From IMG/VR virus record IMGVR_UViG_3300037423_000534, positions 1 to 29,040 of that record: a stretch of 29,040 bases of DNA. One strand, 5' to 3'. The translations under genes were made by a program, and so were the position numbers. Each line of letters begins with the position of its first letter. Within the stretch, counting starts at the first letter, position 1. Source of the stretch: a virus (Duplodnaviria; Caudoviricetes). Positions 23,396 to 29,040 of the stretch are shown here, one piece after another. The notes beneath the pieces were generated by a model. The model ran no database searches. It was not told the DNA's origin and was given only the letters and a program-made list of their open reading frames with translations.

Positions 23396-24268
23396 TCAGT
23401 AGCCGATAGCCAGCCAGCTGCGGCTGGCCGTGTAGAAGGTCTGGAACTGCGTCGTGCTCTGGGACGTGACCAGCCAGTAGCCGGAGTCAGCGAGAGGACC
23501 GCCAGGGATTTGCGGGTTCGTGAGCACGAACAGGCAGGCCGTGGGGAACGCAGTTGGGAAGGTGACGGTCTGCGTGCTGGTGGAGGTCGTCGCGGTGACG
23601 GCGCCCCACTGCGCGTAGATGCCGTTGGGCAGCTTCGTGTAGCCGTTGGTCGTCTTGGAGTTCGACCAGTCGGTCGCCAGCATCTTGGCGAAGGCCAGCG
23701 AGCCGGCGGGGATCGTGGCCGCCGCAGTGACGTTGCCGGTGCCGTCGAAGGCCGGGGAGGTGTAGGTCACGTCGCCCGTGAGCGCGATGGTCCGGCCGGT
23801 CGCCAATGCCGTGGCCGTGCTCGCCGCGCCGGGGGCAAGCGCCGCCCGCTGGTACTCAACCACCGCCCATCCAGAGGCCGGGTTGCCGATGGGAACGGCA
23901 ATGCAGGTATCGCCCGCCGCCGTGGTGATGTTCGCCCCACCCGGAAGGATGAGGGTGGACGCGTTGTGGGTGATGGTCAGCACCCCGCCGAAGCGCACGA
24001 AGCGCGGGCCGCCGTAGGTCGCGCCGAACGAGGTGATGCCGGTCGTGCCGGTGATGCGCACGCACGGTGCATTGGCCGCGCCGATGGAGCAAGTCGCAGC
24101 GGAGGCAACGTCCACCTCCGTGGACAGCCCCCGGCCGTCGCGCAGCAGGGCGATGAACGAGGCCAGCGCCCGGATGTGGTCGTCCACCGTGGTCGGGGCA
24201 TCGCTGCCCGAGGGGTAGTTGCTTCCTGCGGTTTGGGAAAGATCGGTGATGGCCGAGGGCACCGGCAT
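23396..24268 (-). CDS. tail fibre protein with gp53-like C-terminus
   Basis: ITGTTGITSFG, LILPGGANITTAAGD, ATALATGRTIALTGDVT, NGYTKLPNGIYAQWG...VTFPTAFPTAC...WLAIGY. Confidence 0.82.
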   Translation of the reverse strand: MPVPSAITDLSQTAGSNYPSGSDAPTTVDDHIRALASFIALLRDGRGLSTEVDVASAATCSIGAANAPCVRITGTTGITSFGATYGGPRFVRFGGVLTITHNASTLILPGGANITTAAGDTCIAVPIGNPASGWAVVEYQRAALAPGAASTATALATGRTIALTGDVTYTSPAFDGTGNVTAAATIPAGSLAFAKMLATDWSNSKTTNGYTKLPNGIYAQWGAVTATTSTSTQTVTFPTAFPTACLFVLTNPQIPGGPLADSGYWLVTSQSTTQFQTFYTASRSWLAIGY

Positions 24269-24280
24269 AAGGGCTCCTAG

Positions 24281-24310
24281 AAAACGAAAAACCCGCACAG
24301 CGGCGGGCTT
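24281..24310 (-). terminator. rho-independent terminator after the ejection genes
   Basis: Minus strand GCCCGC-CGCTGT-GCGGGT-TTTTCGTTTT. Confidence 0.6.
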
Positions 24311-24326
24311 GGGCTAAGATTTACGA

Positions 24327-24506
24327 ATGACCGACGATCAGTTCTGGCGCATAGCCATCACCGGGGCCTCTACTTCTGTGATCGCGTTACTGATTCAGAA
24401 GGCCAAGACCTATCTGAGCGCCCAGCGGGACAAGAGCGGGCGAGGCTTGACGGAGCGCCTGTGCTACAGGCTGGGCCGCCTGTGGGCGGGCCGCAATCGC
24501 GCCTGA
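24327..24506 (+). CDS. antisense small membrane protein (59 aa), moron-like
   Basis: Not in the ORF track. MTDDQFWRIAITGASTSVIALLIQKAK...CYRLGRLWAGRNRA, with -10-like TAAGAT 6 nt before the ATG. Confidence 0.55.
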   Translation: MTDDQFWRIAITGASTSVIALLIQKAKTYLSAQRDKSGRGLTERLCYRLGRLWAGRNRA

Positions 24507-26051
24507 CAGCAGGCCCTGCACCGGGCGGGTGTAGAGCAGCGCCCCGGTTCCCATCAGCGCAGGAGCCGTCATCGACGGATCGAGCAGCGACAGCCCGGCG
24601 AGCATCGCCCTTCCCGGCGTTCCGCTGTCCGGCACCCTGTTTCCAAGCACCGTCTTTCCCGCCTCGCTCAGGTCTTGCATGAGAGCGGTTCCGCGAGCAA
24701 ACGCCGCCTTGTCCTTGGAGCGGTCCAGCGCCTTCACGGCACTCTGAAGCTGCGCCGGGGAGAAAACCCCATCCTCCGCGCCGAGAGACGCTGCCGCTCG
24801 CTGCGGGCGCTTGAAGTTCGCCCATGCGCGGTTCAAGACAGACAGTTCGTTCGCGTGATTCGGGTTGCTGCGCGTCAGCGCCTGCCGCATTTCCGCCTGC
24901 ACCGTCTGGAGCGCATCCCCGACCAGCCGCTGGTCCGCGTCCGTGGAGGATGAGAGGCGGCGGATGTGCTGCCCCAGGTCCGACTCCACCCGCTTGAACG
25001 TCTCACCCGTCATCGCGCCCTGCCCGCCGAACTTGGCGAGCACGTCGTTTTGCAGGATGCGCTCGAAACTGTCGGCGGCGCGAGGATCAATAGCCCCCGT
25101 GGCAACCATCCGGCGCAGGTTGGCGAGGTTGGCCCCGAATTGCTGGTCGGCCTGGAACGTCAGGTTCGGCAGCAGGCGGTTGTACCCGGCCGAAACGGCA
25201 TCCTCCGCAGCATTGACCGCATCCCTGCCCACCACGCCACGCGGCATCTGTTGTCCGATGGGGGTGAGCGCACGGTTGTAGGCGGCTCGGTTGAGGTCTT
25301 CCGCCGCTCCCCTGCGGGCGTTGGCGATCATGTCGCCCACCAGTGGAACGGAAGTCAGTTTTTCCTCTGCCGCGTTCCACCGGCCGCCCAAGGTTTGCCC
25401 AATGGTCGGGCGCACGCCTTCTTGGCGCAGGAGCTGGAGTTGCGGGTTCGTGGAGGCGTTCGGGCTGAGAAGACGCGACACCCCGCCCATCACCACCGGA
25501 GTGGCCGCGCCGAACGCCGCCCCCGTCCCCATCTGCTTGCCCTTCTCGCTCCAGTAGTCGCCCTCGGAAACCGGGTTGAGCGCGCTGGTCGCCGCCCCGC
25601 CGACAGCCCCGACGCCAACACGCGCCGCGAGTGAGGCCGCAGCCGGAACGGTGGCCGCCCCGGAAAGAGCCAGGTTTGCCGGGCTGACGACGTTTCCGAG
25701 CAGGCGGAAGCCATCGAAACCCGACTCTCCGGCCGCTGACCGGTCGGCCTGGTACTGCGTCTCGCGTTCGCGGACTTGCTGGTCTACCCCGCCCGCAGGA
25801 AGCCGGGCCACAAGACCCGTCTTGTCCGCAAGCCAGTTGTTGAAGGCGTTTCCAGCCTCCACAACCCCCTTGGGCAGCGCGTTCGTCAGCAACTGCGCGC
25901 CGCCGTGGAACGGGTCGGCCGCCCCGGTGAGGAAGCTATCCAGCCGGGATGCCGGTTTGGCTTTCGCCATCGCCGCGACATCAGCCAGGGAGTACGACTC
26001 CGCAGGCTTGGTCATGTTGCGAACGTCGTCCAGCGAGTAGGACTCGGCCAT
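24387..26051 (-). CDS. internal virion / DNA ejection protein
   Basis: Ala/Gly-rich 554-aa protein with GVRPTIGQ and VPDSGTPGRA motifs. Last of a series of coupled genes before the tail fibre. Confidence 0.7.
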   Translation of the reverse strand: MAESYSLDDVRNMTKPAESYSLADVAAMAKAKPASRLDSFLTGAADPFHGGAQLLTNALPKGVVEAGNAFNNWLADKTGLVARLPAGGVDQQVRERETQYQADRSAAGESGFDGFRLLGNVVSPANLALSGAATVPAAASLAARVGVGAVGGAATSALNPVSEGDYWSEKGKQMGTGAAFGAATPVVMGGVSRLLSPNASTNPQLQLLRQEGVRPTIGQTLGGRWNAAEEKLTSVPLVGDMIANARRGAAEDLNRAAYNRALTPIGQQMPRGVVGRDAVNAAEDAVSAGYNRLLPNLTFQADQQFGANLANLRRMVATGAIDPRAADSFERILQNDVLAKFGGQGAMTGETFKRVESDLGQHIRRLSSSTDADQRLVGDALQTVQAEMRQALTRSNPNHANELSVLNRAWANFKRPQRAAASLGAEDGVFSPAQLQSAVKALDRSKDKAAFARGTALMQDLSEAGKTVLGNRVPDSGTPGRAMLAGLSLLDPSMTAPALMGTGALLYTRPVQGLLSGAIAARPQAAQPVAQALRQASPALVPLGAQIGLGLLNQ

Positions 26052-27652
26052 TACTTCACCTTGAAGCTGAACCCGTCCCACACGGCGGTTTTGCCGTTCG
26101 GGAGCGTGTAGGTTTCACCCTTCGTCAGCGTGGAGGCGTTGGGGTTCGCCGGCAGTGGCTTGCCGCTCGCCTCCCAGGTTCCCGTGGCGCCGCCGGAGTT
26201 GACGACGTTGCTGCCTCCGTTCAGGTGCGCGTACTTGTTCTGGAGCTTTTCCAGCGTGTCCAGCGCCGCCATGCGCTGAGAAAGAGGCTTCGTCCTGTCG
26301 CCAACGAGCGCCGCCATGGTCTTGTAGTTCTGCACGTCGAAATTCGACTGCGGGCCTTCCATGCGCGGGACGTTGTTGACCATCCACCCCGACAGCGTGT
26401 CGAGCTGCGCGGCGACATCAGCGCCTTTGGTGCTTGCGCCAACGAAGTTCGCTCCGGCATCCACCAGCGCGCCGACCCCGCTGGAGGTGGGCTTCTGCTT
26501 GAGCAGGCGGCGCGCCTCTGTGATGTTCGCAAGGGTGTCCTTGGACTTCTGCGCCTCCCCGGTAAGCGCCTCGTTGCGCTTGGCGTCCGACTTCACGCCC
26601 TCGGAGGCGCGCAGCTTCTCCTCCTCGCTTTGCAGCGGCATGCCCACGCTCGGCCGACGACCGCCCAACTCGCGCTCCAGAGCCGCGATGTCGCCCTGAG
26701 CCCGCGCCGCCGCCGATTGGTCGCCGGAGCTGAGCGCCTGATTCAGCGCCGTGCGCGCCCGGCCCAACTCCTGCGTCAGGATCGACTGCCGGTCGGTGTC
26801 TCGCGCTGCCTGCTCCTGCGGGGTGACGCGCCCGCTCACCACCGGGTTGCGCACCAGCGCCCCACGGGTCGTCATCTGCGGGTTTTCGCCCTGCGGAGTG
26901 ACCGTCACCGGGTCGTAGTTGGCCTTCGTGCCTTCCTGCACGTTCTGGTAGCGGGCGAACGTGTCCAGAGCGCCAGCGGGGGCCGACACCACCGGCATGC
27001 CATCGCGCCCGATCTGCACCAAGGACGTTTTGCCGTCCTGCGAGGTGCTCAGTTGCGGCAGATAGCCGGGCTTGAGCGTGCGCTTGTCGTAGGCGTAGCC
27101 GTTGGACACCTGCATGTCCGGCTGGGTGAGCTTGTAGATGTCCGTCAGATCCTCGCCAGCACCGAGCTTCAGGCGGGCCAGAAGGTCCGGCGTGAGGCGC
27201 GAGGCGAGCCCCGCCACCGGATTCGGAGCTGGCATGTCCGGCAGGCCGGGAGCAGGAGTGACCGCGCCGAAAGAGCCGGAGCCGAGTTGCCCCGGCATGG
27301 CGGGCTGCGACGGAGCCCCCTTGGGGAACAGTTCTTCCAGAAGAGACTGCTTGCGCTGCAACTGCGCGGCTTGCTGGCGGCGAAGTTCCTGCTGCTGCGC
27401 CATGTCGCTCATCTGAGCCTGCATGTACTGGCGCTTGAGGTCTTCCTGGCCGGCATTGCTGTACGCGGACAGCCCACCCAGCAGGCCGGCGCCGATGCTG
27501 TTGACGGGGGCACCACGGCGCGCGTTGGCGGCATAGGACGCGATGGTTCCGAGGAGACCTTGCCCCATCGGGGAGGAGAGCAGTTGCGGGAACGTCGCGT
27601 CCGGGTTCGGGGGCGTGGTGCCCTGCGTCAGAAAAGCGTCAAGCAAGCCCAT
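26051..27652 (-). CDS. internal virion / DNA ejection protein
   Basis: MGLLD start, Gln/Gly-rich helical composition, and a C-terminal VPRMEGPQSNFDVQNY..MA..VGD motif. Confidence 0.7.
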   Translation of the reverse strand: MGLLDAFLTQGTTPPNPDATFPQLLSSPMGQGLLGTIASYAANARRGAPVNSIGAGLLGGLSAYSNAGQEDLKRQYMQAQMSDMAQQQELRRQQAAQLQRKQSLLEELFPKGAPSQPAMPGQLGSGSFGAVTPAPGLPDMPAPNPVAGLASRLTPDLLARLKLGAGEDLTDIYKLTQPDMQVSNGYAYDKRTLKPGYLPQLSTSQDGKTSLVQIGRDGMPVVSAPAGALDTFARYQNVQEGTKANYDPVTVTPQGENPQMTTRGALVRNPVVSGRVTPQEQAARDTDRQSILTQELGRARTALNQALSSGDQSAAARAQGDIAALERELGGRRPSVGMPLQSEEEKLRASEGVKSDAKRNEALTGEAQKSKDTLANITEARRLLKQKPTSSGVGALVDAGANFVGASTKGADVAAQLDTLSGWMVNNVPRMEGPQSNFDVQNYKTMAALVGDRTKPLSQRMAALDTLEKLQNKYAHLNGGSNVVNSGGATGTWEASGKPLPANPNASTLTKGETYTLPNGKTAVWDGFSFKVK

Positions 27653-28178
27653 TGCCACCTCCCAGAAGACCCATGCGACGGCGCTGGCGAGCCTGTTCCG
27701 CCATCTGCATCTGCTGCATCCCCGGCGTGGGTGCCTGCGCGAGTTGCGCCAGGATCTGATTGCCGCCGTAGACCGGCTGCTGCATCGGGGAGGGCGTGAT
27801 CGGCTGACGCTGGCCGCCCAGCAGCCCCGCCTGGCTCGCTGCGTTCGCTGCCTGCCCGATGGGTTTGGCGTACTCGCCCGCCGTCTTGAGGCCACCGAGC
27901 AGGCCGCCGCCAGAGCCTGCGGATTCGCCCATCATGGAGCCCATCTGGCTCGCCGTCGCCGGGGTGAACGCCACGCCCTCGGGGATGACACTAGCAGGCA
28001 CGCCGGCCATGCCAGCCATCGAACCACCAGCAGCCGCCCCGGAAGCGCCCAGCGCGGGCAAGGTGGCGCCGGCCGTGAGCACCGCAGTCGCGCCGAGGAT
28101 GTTGTCCCGCAGCGCCTTCTCGGGGTCTTTGCCCATCATGATGTCGGGGATGGTCCCGAAGCCGGGGAATCCGCTCAT
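27639..28178 (-). CDS. Gly/Ala/Gln-rich internal virion protein
   Basis: Low-complexity amphipathic sequence, coupled within the ejection gene block. Confidence 0.6.
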   Translation of the reverse strand: MSGFPGFGTIPDIMMGKDPEKALRDNILGATAVLTAGATLPALGASGAAAGGSMAGMAGVPASVIPEGVAFTPATASQMGSMMGESAGSGGGLLGGLKTAGEYAKPIGQAANAASQAGLLGGQRQPITPSPMQQPVYGGNQILAQLAQAPTPGMQQMQMAEQARQRRRMGLLGGGNGLA

Positions 28179-28939
28179 TTGCCGCCTCCCGATTGCGTGG
28201 TGGTGCTGGTGCCGCCGAGGTTGCTTCCGAAGATGCCGCTCATGGCCGCGAGGTTCTTGTACGGCATGTTTTGCGCCTCTTGGTGCTCGCCAAACTTGAA
28301 GTCCAGCCCCTGCTGCGCCTGGTCCTGCTTCACCTGGCCGGCTTGCAGCAGTTGCGAGGCATCCTGGTACGCCGCGTTGCCGAAGGTGGGCGCCATGCCG
28401 ATGGCCTGCATGCGACGGGCTTGGTCGCCGTCGTACGCCTGTCCATACATCTGCGTTGCCACGTCGCCCATCTGGCGCGCAGCCTGCTCCGCGATGCCCG
28501 AATTGCCGAAGGAGCCCGAGCGGGCGCCGGCCATGTTGGCGTTGGACAGGACGTTCTGCTGTGCCCGGTTGACCATCTGGTCAAGGTAGGGGTTCGATCC
28601 GCCGCCGAAGAAGCCGTTGAGGGCCGATTCCGCCCCGTTCATGGTCGCAGAGCCGTTCAAGGCCCGGTTTTCGATCATGCCCAGGCCGGCCTGCTGCGTG
28701 CCGTTCAGATCCGCGAAGCGCTGCCCGCCGTAGGGCGTGTACGTGTCCGACAGGCCCATGGCCTTGTTCACATACGCGGTGGCGAGGGGTTTCAACTCCT
28801 CCGGGATGCTCTGCACGGTGCGGGATTCGCCACCCCCACCACCGCCGCCCATGACGCGCCGGCCGCACTCCTCGAGGGAGACGGAGTCGCCCAGAGGCTC
28901 CCCAAGTGCGTATAGCGCTCGCTTGCTGTAGGTCTTCAT
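28175..28939 (-). CDS. DNA ejection / pilot protein
   Basis: Leader followed by GGGGGGG, PYGGQRFA, NPYLDQ, GSFGNS, and a TTTTQSGGGK terminus, typical of podovirus pilot proteins. Confidence 0.7.
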   Translation of the reverse strand: MKTYSKRALYALGEPLGDSVSLEECGRRVMGGGGGGGESRTVQSIPEELKPLATAYVNKAMGLSDTYTPYGGQRFADLNGTQQAGLGMIENRALNGSATMNGAESALNGFFGGGSNPYLDQMVNRAQQNVLSNANMAGARSGSFGNSGIAEQAARQMGDVATQMYGQAYDGDQARRMQAIGMAPTFGNAAYQDASQLLQAGQVKQDQAQQGLDFKFGEHQEAQNMPYKNLAAMSGIFGSNLGGTSTTTQSGGGK

Positions 28940-29040
28940 TGGACGTTCACTTTCAGGACGGTGTACACGGGCTGGAATCCGCACTTCATGGCGTACAGGC
29001 GTTGCTGCGCCGGCTTGGCCGCGCATCGAATCTCCGAGCA
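28936..29040 (-). CDS. 3' end of a probable GNAT-like virion assembly protein (P22 gp14 position)
   Basis: ...CSEIRCAAKPAQQRLYAMKCGFQPVYTVLKVNVQ*. The RLY..CGF motif resembles a GNAT C-terminus, and the stop is coupled to the pilot gene. Confidence 0.5.
   Translation of the reverse strand, partial: CSEIRCAAKPAQQRLYAMKCGFQPVYTVLKVNVQ

Noticed and set aside
20626-24268. Diversity-generating retroelement or invertible tail-fibre system
   Set aside because: No reverse transcriptase, TR/VR pair, invertase or inverted fibre copies seen in the window.
21372-27799. Long plus-strand ORFs 21372-23402 and 25949-27799
   Set aside because: Shadow frames of the tailspike and ejection genes, Arg-rich and without recognisable domains.

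Overview
About 29 kb of a temperate, lambdoid-organised phage with a P22-like (podovirus-type) virion module. The DNA is GC-rich and the host is probably proteobacterial. No host genes are present, and early and late genes converge on a probable intact attP (about 17860-18046), so this looks like the free or circular form. Layout: (1-7294, minus) nin region with NinG and NinB, DnaB helicase, a DNA methyltransferase, a replication initiator with iterons, a CII-like gene, a multi-HTH/HNH-like/AP2 gene and cro. (7308-8177) immunity switch with four TCCCA-N4-TGGGA operators and a short cI. (8223-17910, plus) early-left operon of many small ORFs, an HNH-AP2 gene, Bet/Exo, xis and a tyrosine integrase. 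(18050-29040, minus) end of the late operon: ejection proteins, tail fibre, SGNH-esterase tailspike, holin-endolysin-holin, HExxH peptidase and metallophosphoesterase. The most unusual signal lies directly downstream of bet-exo. It is an array of about 130-355 bp gene or domain cassettes, each ending in an in-frame TGGCGTG (Gly-Val) junction, which suggests a cassette-accretion or shuffling system. All product calls come from motif recognition by eye, not database searches.
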